Below are positions 6,116 to 15,259 of a stretch of 64,000 bases of DNA, one piece after another. The translations under genes were made by a program, and so were the position numbers. Positions within the stretch are counted from its first letter, which is position 1. Every line of letters begins with the position of its first letter. The stretch is from an uncultured Alphaproteobacteria bacterium. GTDB taxonomy: Bacteria; Pseudomonadota; Alphaproteobacteria; Rs-D84. Under the pieces are notes generated by a model, which did no database searches, was not told where the DNA came from, and saw only the letters and a list, made by a program, of their open reading frames with translations. The stretch lies in the NCBI GenBank assembly GCA_951801825.1, contig CATOOF010000002.1, positions 100,441-164,440 of the forward strand, written 5' to 3'.

Positions 6116-9100
6116 ATGCGGATATTTGGTTTTGATTTAGGGGTTGCTAGTATTGGTTGGGCTGTTGTTGACATAGACAAGGAAAACGATAATCCAGAGG
6201 CGGGACGGGCCGCTATTGGAAAAATACAGCAATCCGGGGTGCGCATTTTTAGTAAAGCTGAAAGTACAGATGGTTCTTCGTTGGCGGCACCTCGTCGTGA
6301 AAAGCGACTGGTTCGGCGTGCCTTACGCAGAAAAGCGCTGCGAATGAAAGAAATTCGCGCATTGTTAGAAAATAGCGGACTAGGTAGCCAGAATATCGTT
6401 GTTAATGCTGATGATATTGATGTCTGGGCTTTGCGCGCGCAAGACGCTTTTTGCCGCAAGTTGTCGGCGCGTGAACTATCGCGTGTATTGATTCATATGG
6501 CGAAGCATCGCGGGTATAAGTCAATGCGTAAATCCGCAGAGGAAAACGATAAAGAAACAGGAAAAGTACTCGTTTCAATTGCTCGGAATCGCGAAAGTAT
6601 GGGCGAATATAAAACAATGGCTCAGATGATTTATAAGAGTAATTGTGATGGGGCGAGAAAATATCGTAATGGTGACGGAGTATATGATAATTCAATTCCG
6701 CGCGAAGAAATAGAACGAGAACTGAATTATATATTTGATGCCCAGCAGAAATATGGGGTTTTTACTGAAGATTTACTAGAACAATACAAAAAAATTGCAT
6801 TTCGTGTACGCCCAATACAGTCGGTTGGTAAAATGGTTGGTTTGTGTACGTTAGAGCCAAATTGTCTGCGTGCGCCAAAAGAATCCCCAACGGCGGAGTT
6901 ATTTGTGGCGTTGACTAAGATAAATAATATGAAAATTGTTATAGATGGTGAGGTGCGTTCTGTGGATGACGCAGAACGGGCAGCTATATTAGAATTGCTA
7001 AGCAAGACGCAAACGGTTAAATATAAGACACTACATAACAAAATATGGAAGGGGAAAGATGTTGTTTTTCGTGGTGTCAAAGAAGAATCTCAAGATTTTT
7101 ATTCCATGACGGGATGGCATAAACTAAAAAAAATCATGGATGAGGCCGATATGGCTGATACGCGAATGCTTGACCGGATTATGAAGGTTGTTGCCACCCA
7201 GAAAGATGACAGTGCCATAGAAAAAGAATTGCGCCGCAAGAAGGTACCAGAAAAGTATATTGTCGAATTAAAGAAACTATGTACGTCCAAGTTCATAAAT
7301 CTGTCGTTACAGGCACTGTATAAAATAGTTCCAGAAATGATGCGTGGGTTGACGTATGATAAGGCTTGCGATGGGGCGGGCTATGATTTTAAAAGTAAAG
7401 TCTCTGGAGAAGTAAAGGCTGACAATGGATGTATCGCAGAGATTTCAGAATGGACACATGTCCCGGTTGTAAATCGTACGGTCGCCCAATTTCGCAAGGT
7501 TTATAATGCGCTGGTGCGTAAATATGGTATACCAGACCAAGTAAATTTGGAAGTCGGTCGCGAATTAAAGAATAATTTTGACGACCGTAAGAAAATAGAA
7601 CGTAAACAAAACGAAAATCGCGATAAAACAGAAAAAGCCCGAGCAGAGTATGAAGCATTAATCAGCCGCAAAGTCACAACTAAAGAAGTTTTAAAATACA
7701 AACTTTACCAAGACCAAGGCGGAAAGTGTATGTATTCGGGTGAATCAATTGATTTAGAGCATCTGGATAACTATGAAGTTGACCATATTTTACCGTATTC
7801 GCGGTCATTGGATAATTCTTATATGAACAAAATTCTTGTTAAATATACAGAAAACCAGATCAAAGGCAACAAAACGCCATATGAATATTTTGGCAATACT
7901 CTACGATGGGATGATTTCGTTGTACGCGTATCTGCAACCAAGACCTTGGGGGCACGTAAGATTTATAATCTGCTGAATAAAGATTTTGAAACAACAGAAG
8001 ATGATTTTCGCAAACGTAATGCAAATGATAACGCCTATGCCGCCCGATATGTTAGACAGGTATTAAATACCGCATTTCCAGACCTGCGGGTTGACGTGCG
8101 TGCTGGGGCATTGACGCATTATTTACGTGGTCAATGGGGGTTGGAAAAATCACGTACAGAATCGGACAGGCATCATGCCCAGGATGCAATTGTTATTGCC
8201 TGTGCAACGCCGGGTATGGTTCGTTACTTATCAACGATATCCGGATTGTTTGAAAATAAACGTAATGAGAAAGGTAAGCCGTGGTGGAATAATTTGAAAC
8301 AAAATATTCAAGAGCCGTGGGCTGGTTTCCGCGCGGATGTTTTTCGGTCTGTTGATGACGTTTTTGTTTCGCGTACGGTGCGTGGCAAGGCAACTGGTTC
8401 GGTGCATAAAGATACGATTAATTCACCAAAATCTAGTAAGGGGAGTTTAATTTTACCGCGTGGGCGAGCTGATAAAGAAAACATGTTCCGTATGGATGTC
8501 TTTAAGAAAGACGGGAAATATGTGGTTGTGCCAATATTTGTAGCAGACACAGTTGATAAAAAGCGTCAAGATATATTTTATCCGCAACCGGCTAAGGCAG
8601 AACATTCGGTTGCAATTGATGGTACGTATGAATTTGTTATGACTCTGCACAAGGAGGATTATATTAAAATCGTAACAGTGGACGATAAAGTATATGAAGG
8701 ATATATTATTCAGTGTGATATGCCGCGCGGGAAGTTTGTTTTCAGAAATTCTGATAATTCTGCAGTATTTTCTGTTAAAACAGATACGTTTGAGCCAGGT
8801 GATTTTATTGTTATAGATGGTAATTTGTGCAAGGTTATGGATTATTTGGCAGGTAAATTGCGTGCTCTATCTCCGAACGGCATTGTTGAAGAAGTAGAGG
8901 CGGTAAAAAAGCAAACGCGTAAGGGTAAACAAATACAAACTATTGATAAATATGAAAAACGCAGTAAGCAGAAAACAATAAACATAGGTACGGTTAAGAA
9001 TCTGCAAAAATTTCAGATTGGCGTGTTAGGCGACATGTCAGAGGTAAAATCTGGGCATCGTGCACCTGTTTGTGCTATAAAATTGCAATCAGAAAAAAGA

Positions 9101-9169
9101 AAAGGAAGGAAACAGCCAAAAAGGAATAAAAATGGGTTGGCGAATCCTTCAACTAACGAAACCATGTAA
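6116..9169 (+). CDS. cas9: Type II-C Cas9, 1017 aa
   Basis: RuvC-I FGFDLGVASIGWA, Arg-rich bridge helix, RuvC-II NLEVGRE, HNH EVDHILPYSRS-DNSYMNK, RuvC-III RHHAQDA; no csn2 or cas4 in the locus. Confidence 0.98.
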   Translation: MRIFGFDLGVASIGWAVVDIDKENDNPEAGRAAIGKIQQSGVRIFSKAESTDGSSLAAPRREKRLVRRALRRKALRMKEIRALLENSGLGSQNIVVNADDIDVWALRAQDAFCRKLSARELSRVLIHMAKHRGYKSMRKSAEENDKETGKVLVSIARNRESMGEYKTMAQMIYKSNCDGARKYRNGDGVYDNSIPREEIERELNYIFDAQQKYGVFTEDLLEQYKKIAFRVRPIQSVGKMVGLCTLEPNCLRAPKESPTAELFVALTKINNMKIVIDGEVRSVDDAERAAILELLSKTQTVKYKTLHNKIWKGKDVVFRGVKEESQDFYSMTGWHKLKKIMDEADMADTRMLDRIMKVVATQKDDSAIEKELRRKKVPEKYIVELKKLCTSKFINLSLQALYKIVPEMMRGLTYDKACDGAGYDFKSKVSGEVKADNGCIAEISEWTHVPVVNRTVAQFRKVYNALVRKYGIPDQVNLEVGRELKNNFDDRKKIERKQNENRDKTEKARAEYEALISRKVTTKEVLKYKLYQDQGGKCMYSGESIDLEHLDNYEVDHILPYSRSLDNSYMNKILVKYTENQIKGNKTPYEYFGNTLRWDDFVVRVSATKTLGARKIYNLLNKDFETTEDDFRKRNANDNAYAARYVRQVLNTAFPDLRVDVRAGALTHYLRGQWGLEKSRTESDRHHAQDAIVIACATPGMVRYLSTISGLFENKRNEKGKPWWNNLKQNIQEPWAGFRADVFRSVDDVFVSRTVRGKATGSVHKDTINSPKSSKGSLILPRGRADKENMFRMDVFKKDGKYVVVPIFVADTVDKKRQDIFYPQPAKAEHSVAIDGTYEFVMTLHKEDYIKIVTVDDKVYEGYIIQCDMPRGKFVFRNSDNSAVFSVKTDTFEPGDFIVIDGNLCKVMDYLAGKLRALSPNGIVEEVEAVKKQTRKGKQIQTIDKYEKRSKQKTINIGTVKNLQKFQIGVLGDMSEVKSGHRAPVCAIKLQSEKRKGRKQPKRNKNGLANPSTNETM

Positions 9170-10037
9170 ATTATCAGTAAAGCAAAAGCAATTATTTTAT
9201 GAATCAGATGATACCAAAATAACGATTCCGATAGAGGATTTATCGGCCGTTGTTTTGGAGACTGGATTTGTGCAACTAACAGGGCATGTTTTGGCAGAGT
9301 TTGCTACAAATGATGTAGTTCTGATTACGTGTGATGCGTACCATTTACCATCGGGAACGTTTTTCCCATTTCATGATAACTCACGTTATTCAGAAGTGGC
9401 ACATATTCAAATTTCTGCCAGTGAACCATTAAAAAAGCGCGTTTGGCAATCGGTGGTACAACAAAAGATTCTAAATCAATCTGCCGTATTGTGCGCATTA
9501 GGAATAGATAATGTGCTAAGTGAAATAGTCAAGCGAGTGCAAAGCGGTGATAGTGATAATCGCGAAGCTCACGCGGCGCAATTATATTGGCGGTTACTAT
9601 TTGGAGATTTTACGCGTCGCGATGATGCGAATATTATAAATAAGGCTTTAAATTATGGTTATGCCATTGTGCGTGGCTGTATGGCACGCAACATTGTTGC
9701 GTCGGGATTGTTGCCTTGTTTTGGTATTCATCATGATAATCAATTAAATCAGTTTAATCTGGTTGATGATATGATGGAGCCATTGCGTCCATTTGTAGAT
9801 TATTGTGTAGCGAAGTTAGATTTATCCGAGTGTTCGGATTTAACGCCAAAATTAAAAAGCAAACTAATATCAGTATTGTTGTGTAATGCAAATATGAATG
9901 GTGAGGCCATATCATTACTTAAATGTGTGGAAATAATGTCGGCATCATTGGCCAAGACATTAAGACAAAAGGATTATCGTTTATTATCTTTGCCTGTATT
10001 TGATTTTTCTATGTTGGATGTGGGAGATTTTAAGTAA
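9132..10037 (+). CDS. cas1: CRISPR-associated endonuclease Cas1 (type II)
   Basis: MGWRILQL start, NREAHAAQLYW, LNYGYAIVRG, GIHH-NQLN-FNLVDDMMEP. Confidence 0.97.
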   Translation: MGWRILQLTKPCKLSVKQKQLFYESDDTKITIPIEDLSAVVLETGFVQLTGHVLAEFATNDVVLITCDAYHLPSGTFFPFHDNSRYSEVAHIQISASEPLKKRVWQSVVQQKILNQSAVLCALGIDNVLSEIVKRVQSGDSDNREAHAAQLYWRLLFGDFTRRDDANIINKALNYGYAIVRGCMARNIVASGLLPCFGIHHDNQLNQFNLVDDMMEPLRPFVDYCVAKLDLSECSDLTPKLKSKLISVLLCNANMNGEAISLLKCVEIMSASLAKTLRQKDYRLLSLPVFDFSMLDVGDFK

Positions 10038-10366
10038 TGGCGCAATATGGGGAACGATTTATGAGAATGATAGTATTTTTTGATTTACCAACACTAACAA
10101 AACAAGATAGAAAGCGAGCATCTAAATTCCGTAACGCTTTATTAAAGGATGGATACTATATGATGCAATTGTCTGTTTATTCCAGAATTTGTAAGGGTAT
10201 GGCACAGGTTGAAAAACATGTCGGACGCCTAAAATGCTTGATTCCGCCAAGCGGAAGTGTTAGGCTAATGACAGTAACAGAAAAGCAGTTCGCTGATATG
10301 GAAATATTGGTTGGCGAATCGAAAAAACAAGAAAAAATAGGTGCAAAGCAGCTTGTTATGTTCTAG
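10037..10366 (+). CDS. cas2: CRISPR-associated endoribonuclease Cas2
   Basis: RFMRMIVFFDLP, FRNALLKDGYYMMQLSVYSR; start overlaps the cas1 stop. Confidence 0.96.
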   Translation: MAQYGERFMRMIVFFDLPTLTKQDRKRASKFRNALLKDGYYMMQLSVYSRICKGMAQVEKHVGRLKCLIPPSGSVRLMTVTEKQFADMEILVGESKKQEKIGAKQLVMF

Positions 10367-10384
10367 TTTTTCTTTAAATAATTG

Positions 10385-10418
10385 CGAAATAACCCGCTAT
10401 ATTCAGCGGGTTATTTCG
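10385..10418. terminator. 14-bp stem hairpin between cas2 and the array (probably bidirectional terminator)
   Basis: cgaaataacccgct-atattc-agcgggttatttcg. Confidence 0.7.
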
Positions 10419-10423
10419 TTTGT

Positions 10424-10723
10424 ATTATATCAATGCCAATTAGGAAAGCAATCTACAACGATAAAGCCAATGCCAAAGAATCAATTGATATTATATCAAT
10501 GCCAATTAGGAAAGCAATCTACAACAGTATCAGCGTACATAGACGAACAACATAAATTATATCAATGCCAATTAGGAAAGCAATCTACAACCTATTTTTA
10601 TTATAGAAACCATTAACAGCTATTATATCAATGCCAATTAGGAAAGCAATCTACAACGTTGAATCGTGAGATATTTACTACTGGTCAATTATATCAATGC
10701 CGATTAGGAAAGCAATCTACAAC
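10424..10723 (-). CRISPR. CRISPR array: 5 repeats of 36 bp and 4 spacers of 30 bp, plus a possible 5th spacer and degenerate repeat to about 10763
   Basis: Repeat (+ strand) attatatcaatgccaattaggaaagcaatctacaac at 10424, 10490, 10556, 10622 and 10688 (last copy has one A>G change). The minus sense GTTGTAG...TGATATAAT matches II-C repeat style and the tracr anti-repeat. Confidence 0.97.
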
Positions 10724-10785
10724 TAAAGGTTGTTTTTTATCGGCCATCGCCGAGTTGTATCAAAATTGAGTTTAATTTTTGTGCT

Positions 10786-11424
10786 TTATCTGATGCGTTT
10801 TGAAAGTAAGGTTGCACGAAAATCATTATTCAGGACCACGCTGTCCGCAAACCAGCTGGCGCTGCGCAGTACACAGTAGCTCTGTGCGCCGCAATTTTCA
10901 ACGCCAATCCATGCAGGAGACCATAGTTCTAGCCGGCCCCTGGATTTGTTGCGTACTATCAGGTTTCCAACTGTTGCGGTTCCCGTAGCGCAATGTTTTA
11001 CATTATGTGCCCATTTTTCATAGCCGGGGAAGTCGCGTTTGCTAACTATTAGTGTTATATTTGCAACCAGTTCATATTTCTTTGAAAATTGCGGTATTGT
11101 TTCCAAGGCTTGTTTAAGTTTTTTTGCGGTTGCTGTATCAACCTCTTGATCCATAATGAAACATCCGTTATAGAAATTACGGTTCCATTTTTCCGTGTCA
11201 TGATTGTAGTATACAACATTGTTATACAGGTCGCCCAATATACGATGACAAGATTCTGGCGTCAGCTGTTCTTTTTCGGTTTTTTTATATCGCGCCAGTA
11301 TTTCTTTTATTTTCTTAATATTTTGGTCGGCATTATCTGTGTATTTGTCTAATAAATTAAAATCATGTTGCGATATTATATAATCGGTGTACTTGGCAAT
11401 GTTTTGCGTATTTTTCTGATGCAT
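10786..11424 (-). CDS. Hypothetical protein (212 aa) next to the CRISPR array
   Basis: Long AT-rich ORF; ATG 11424 lies just downstream of a consensus promoter; no family recognised. Confidence 0.7.
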   Translation of the reverse strand: MHQKNTQNIAKYTDYIISQHDFNLLDKYTDNADQNIKKIKEILARYKKTEKEQLTPESCHRILGDLYNNVVYYNHDTEKWNRNFYNGCFIMDQEVDTATAKKLKQALETIPQFSKKYELVANITLIVSKRDFPGYEKWAHNVKHCATGTATVGNLIVRNKSRGRLELWSPAWIGVENCGAQSYCVLRSASWFADSVVLNNDFRATLLSKRIR

Positions 11425-11452
11425 AACAATTTCTTTTATAAGGTTGACAAAA

Positions 11453-11481
11453 ATTATAGTTGTGATTGTGGTTTGTGTCAA
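11453..11481 (-). promoter_or_regulatory. Perfect consensus sigma70 promoter
   Basis: TTGACA (11481-11476), 17 bp, TATAAT (11458-11453). Confidence 0.8.
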
Positions 11482-11711
11482 CTTTTTATTCATGGGAAAT
11501 ACATTATTTCGATAAAAAATCCGGTCCTGGTGGACCGGATTTTGCCTTCTCATCTCTTTAAAGAGTATTACATATTTTATGAATAAAATCCAGTGCTATT
11601 TTTAAGTAAGGGTATTTATTCTTGAATATAGAAGCTTGAATTTTTATTAAAAAATGTAATAATTATGAGACGACAATAATCCTAGTACTTAAAGCATTCA
11701 GGAGAGAGAAA

Positions 11712-12509
11712 ATGCCCAAGGTAAAAAAACAGAATACAAAATCTGAAACAACGCCCGCTGATGCGACAAAAAAGCGGCGGCGTGTTGTGTATATTGTTGC
11801 CGCCGTTGCCACATTGTGTGCCGGCGCGGTTGTGTTAAAGCATGTTTTGACATCGGGGCCATTTATGTATGCGGGTACGCTTGAAACGACCAAGGTTACA
11901 CTGGCGGCGCGCGTGGCGTCTGATATTTCCGATGTGTTTGTATCTGAGGGCGACTATGTCATTCGGGGCCAGCGCCTGATGGAGCTTAGCTGTGATACAT
12001 ACAAAATTCTGGCGACGCAGATAGATAATGATTATGGGCGTGCCCAGGCATTGTCAGAACGCGGACACATGTCCCAGGCGGAATTTGACGTGCTTAGCCG
12101 GAACAAGCAAGACAATGACTTGAAATTGCAGTGGTGTCGCATTACGGCGCCAATTGATGGAATTATAACAACCAAGTTTCGTGAGCCGGGAGAGGTTGTG
12201 GCACCCGGAACGGTGTTGATATCACTGGCAAATCCGTATGAAATATGGGCTTATTTTTATGTTCCGTATACAATGTTGCACAAGCTGCATGTGGGGCAGA
12301 TTGTTACAGGCATTTTGCCGGAGGCCGATGATAAACAGTTTCAAGGCAAGATAGTTAAAATCAGCGAAGAGGCCGAGTTTACCCCGAAAAACGTTCAAAC
12401 ACGCGAAGAGCGCACGCGTCTGGTATACGGGGTAAAGGTGCAGTTTGAAAATTCTGATTTGACGTTAAAATCAGGCATGACAATTGAAAGTGCGTTGGTC
12501 GATGAATAA
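11712..12509 (+). CDS. HlyD/membrane-fusion periplasmic adaptor (YbhG-like)
   Basis: N-terminal TM, lipoyl-like halves (V-EGD-V; ITAPIDG...PGEVV), C-terminal AEFTPKNVQT-EER--LVY. Confidence 0.9.
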   Translation: MPKVKKQNTKSETTPADATKKRRRVVYIVAAVATLCAGAVVLKHVLTSGPFMYAGTLETTKVTLAARVASDISDVFVSEGDYVIRGQRLMELSCDTYKILATQIDNDYGRAQALSERGHMSQAEFDVLSRNKQDNDLKLQWCRITAPIDGIITTKFREPGEVVAPGTVLISLANPYEIWAYFYVPYTMLHKLHVGQIVTGILPEADDKQFQGKIVKISEEAEFTPKNVQTREERTRLVYGVKVQFENSDLTLKSGMTIESALVDE

Positions 12510-13230
12510 AGTCGAGATAAATATTTCCAACGTATCGAAAAAGTTCAAGGCGGTATCCGCGCTGGACAATGTTTCCATGCGTTTTGAAACAGGAAAGCTG
12601 TATGGCATAATTGGTCCGGCCGGTGCGGGCAAGACCACGTTGTTTCGATTGATGCTGCGTCTGATGCAGCCCGCGGCGGGTAATATAGAATACCGCGCGG
12701 ATGGGCGTGTAATAAGCTTTTCGGATTTTTCAGAAAACATAGCATATATGCCGCAAAGCCAGAGTCTGTATGCAGATTTGTCTATAAACGAACATCTGGA
12801 TTTTTTTAAAAAGCTGTATGGAATAGGTGATTCGGAGTATGCGCAAAAAAAGCAAGAGCTGGTGCATTTGGCGCGACTGGAAAAATTTTTACATCGTCCG
12901 GCGGGGCACCTTTCTGGTGGGATGTACAAGAAACTGGGGCTGATGTGTGCACTGTTGCGATCGCCAAGGGTTATGCTGCTGGATGAGCCGACCAATGGGG
13001 TCGACCCAATCAGTCGGCGCGAGTTTTGGGGCCTGTTGCATGAATCGCTGGCGCAAGGAATTTTAGTGATTATGACCACCGCATACATGGACGAGGCCGA
13101 ACGCTGTAGCGAGGTTGTTTTGATGGAGGAGGGACGCGTCCTGGCCAGCGGCGAGCCGCGTGATTTGCTGACTCGGTATGGTTGTTCAAATTTTGACGAA
13201 TTCTTTTTGAAACGCGGGGGTGAAAAATGA
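12502..13230 (+). CDS. ABC transporter ATP-binding protein (YbhF N-half-like)
   Basis: GPAGAGKTT, LSGGMYKK, LLDEPT; start at ATG 12502 overlapping the upstream stop. Confidence 0.92.
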   Translation: MNKVEINISNVSKKFKAVSALDNVSMRFETGKLYGIIGPAGAGKTTLFRLMLRLMQPAAGNIEYRADGRVISFSDFSENIAYMPQSQSLYADLSINEHLDFFKKLYGIGDSEYAQKKQELVHLARLEKFLHRPAGHLSGGMYKKLGLMCALLRSPRVMLLDEPTNGVDPISRREFWGLLHESLAQGILVIMTTAYMDEAERCSEVVLMEEGRVLASGEPRDLLTRYGCSNFDEFFLKRGGEK

Positions 13231-14138
13231 CCGCCCCAATTGTTGATGTTCGTAATTTGTCGGTTATATTTGGTGATTTTTATGCCGTTCGCGATGTTTC
13301 TTTTCGCGTGGCGCCGGGGGAAATATTTGGATTTCTGGGCGCCAACGGTGCCGGCAAGACAACCACAATACGTGTGTTGTGTGGTTTGCTGCCCGGCAGT
13401 CGCGGGGATGTGATAATTGATGGCGAACACTTTACCGCCGGCCGTGAAAATATAATAAAGCAAAAGGTCGGTTATATGTCACAGCGTTTTACGTTGTATG
13501 ACGGGCTGTCGGTAAAAGAAAATTTTGATTTTGCGGCCGCACTGCGCGGACTGTCGCGCCAGGAATATCTGGCAAACAGAGAGCGCCTGTTGCGCTTTAT
13601 CGGTTTTAAGGAAAGCCTGGCAACAGTGGTAAAGAATTTGCCCGGCGGAATAAAGCAAGAGGTGGCACTGTGCGTGTCGCTGTTGCACAATCCAAAGATT
13701 GTCTTTCTGGACGAACCCACCGCAGGTGTCGCACCGGTGTCGCGCAATCGTTTTTGGCGGTTGATAAAAGATTTGGCCGCAGATGGAAAAACGGTTTTTG
13801 TTACGACCCATTACATGGACGAGGCGGAAAACTGTAACCGTATTGCGCTGATGCGGGCGGGGGAACTGATTGCGGTAGACTCGCCGGAAAACCTTAAGCG
13901 TCAGACATTCGGGGATTCGCTGTATAACTTTACGCCGCGCGGCCGTGTGACATCAATTGTGGCGGATTCCGATATGGACATATGCGAGCCGTACGGGCGG
14001 CACTGGCACGTAAAGTTCAAAGATGGCGTCAATGTCACGGCCGCGCTAAAGAAATACAAGGCTGATTTTGAAATTGAAAAAATACAGCCGTCACTGGAGG
14101 ATGTTTTTATCCGCCTGGTAGAGGGGCAGAACCGATGA
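13227..14138 (+). CDS. ABC transporter ATP-binding protein (YbhF C-half-like)
   Basis: GANGAGKTT, LPGGIKQ, FLDEPTAG, TTHYMDEA. Confidence 0.92.
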   Translation: MTAPIVDVRNLSVIFGDFYAVRDVSFRVAPGEIFGFLGANGAGKTTTIRVLCGLLPGSRGDVIIDGEHFTAGRENIIKQKVGYMSQRFTLYDGLSVKENFDFAAALRGLSRQEYLANRERLLRFIGFKESLATVVKNLPGGIKQEVALCVSLLHNPKIVFLDEPTAGVAPVSRNRFWRLIKDLAADGKTVFVTTHYMDEAENCNRIALMRAGELIAVDSPENLKRQTFGDSLYNFTPRGRVTSIVADSDMDICEPYGRHWHVKFKDGVNVTAALKKYKADFEIEKIQPSLEDVFIRLVEGQNR

Positions 14139-15259
14139 AGATGTTTTCAATGCGCCGCATGGGTGCAATATTTTCAAAAGAGTTCAAGCATATATTTCGT
14201 GACCCGTTTACGCTGTTGATGGCGCTGATGTTGCCGCTGGCAATTGTGCTGATACTGGGTAATTCCATAGAGTTCAATGTAAAGTCTATAAACATGGCAT
14301 ATCATGACGCGGACAGAACGGAAAGTTCGCGTAAGCTGATGGAAACGTTTGCCAGCTCGAATTATTTCAGGCCGTTTACCATAGAAAGTCCAGAAGACGG
14401 CTTTTCCAACATTGTCGACGAACGGGCGCGCGTTATGGTGTCTGTTGCGCCGAATTTCGAAAAAGATGTTTTGGGCGGCGGTACCGGACATGTTCAGATT
14501 TTGCTGGATGGGGCGGACAACTCTTCGGTTATGGCGGTTGTAAACTATTTGAATACAATAAACAGAAACGCCTATTTTAAAATAATGGACATGCCGCGCG
14601 ATATGGCAACGGAAAGCCTGTCTTTTAAGACGCGGTATATGTTTAACCCGGAATTAAATTCAAGATGGTTTTCGGTGCCGGGGCTGTCGGCGGTTATTAT
14701 TGCGCTGGTTGCGATTATGCTGACAACGCTTACCATATGTCGCGAGTGGGAGCGAGGCTCGATGGAAATGCTGTTGTCTACGCCTGCGACATCGCTGGAG
14801 ATTATACTGGGCAAGGTGCTGCCGTATGCCATTTTAAGCTTTGTCGGATTTATTTTGGTGTTTATTGTTGCTCGCGTGGTATTCGGTGTTCCGTTTGCGG
14901 GCCACTATTTGACTCTTGTTTTGGGGACACTGTTGTTTATATTGGGGTATTTGGCCATAGGCCTGTTTATATCAATATCCACACACAAGCAAGAAGTTGC
15001 AATTCAGTTCGCATGCATAATCGGTTTGTTGCCGACGGTTGTTCTGTCGGGTTTTGTGTTTCCGGTTGAATATATGAACCGCGGATACCAGCTGTTTTCG
15101 TCACTGTTTCCGGCCCGTTTTTACATGGATATAACGCGCGACCAGTTTCTAAAGGGCAGCTCTGTAATCGATTTATGGGTGCTGTTTGCCTTGTTGGGGT
15201 TGCAGGCGTTTGTTTTGCTGGTCGCATGTCTGGGGCGGTTCAAAAGGACGTTGGAATGA
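14135..15259 (+). CDS. ABC-2 type permease (YbhS-like)
   Basis: KEFKHIFRDP, YMFNPELNSRWFSVPG, REWERGSME, multiple TM segments. Confidence 0.92.
   Translation: MKMFSMRRMGAIFSKEFKHIFRDPFTLLMALMLPLAIVLILGNSIEFNVKSINMAYHDADRTESSRKLMETFASSNYFRPFTIESPEDGFSNIVDERARVMVSVAPNFEKDVLGGGTGHVQILLDGADNSSVMAVVNYLNTINRNAYFKIMDMPRDMATESLSFKTRYMFNPELNSRWFSVPGLSAVIIALVAIMLTTLTICREWERGSMEMLLSTPATSLEIILGKVLPYAILSFVGFILVFIVARVVFGVPFAGHYLTLVLGTLLFILGYLAIGLFISISTHKQEVAIQFACIIGLLPTVVLSGFVFPVEYMNRGYQLFSSLFPARFYMDITRDQFLKGSSVIDLWVLFALLGLQAFVLLVACLGRFKRTLE

Noticed and set aside
10460-10489. Spacer 1 shares caatgccaa with the repeat; possible self-targeting spacers
   Set aside because: A 9-nt match is within chance. 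I saw no protospacer in the window, but the search was by eye only.
10341-10616. 91-aa ORF with YQCQLGKQSTT repeats
   Set aside because: It is only the translation of the CRISPR repeats.
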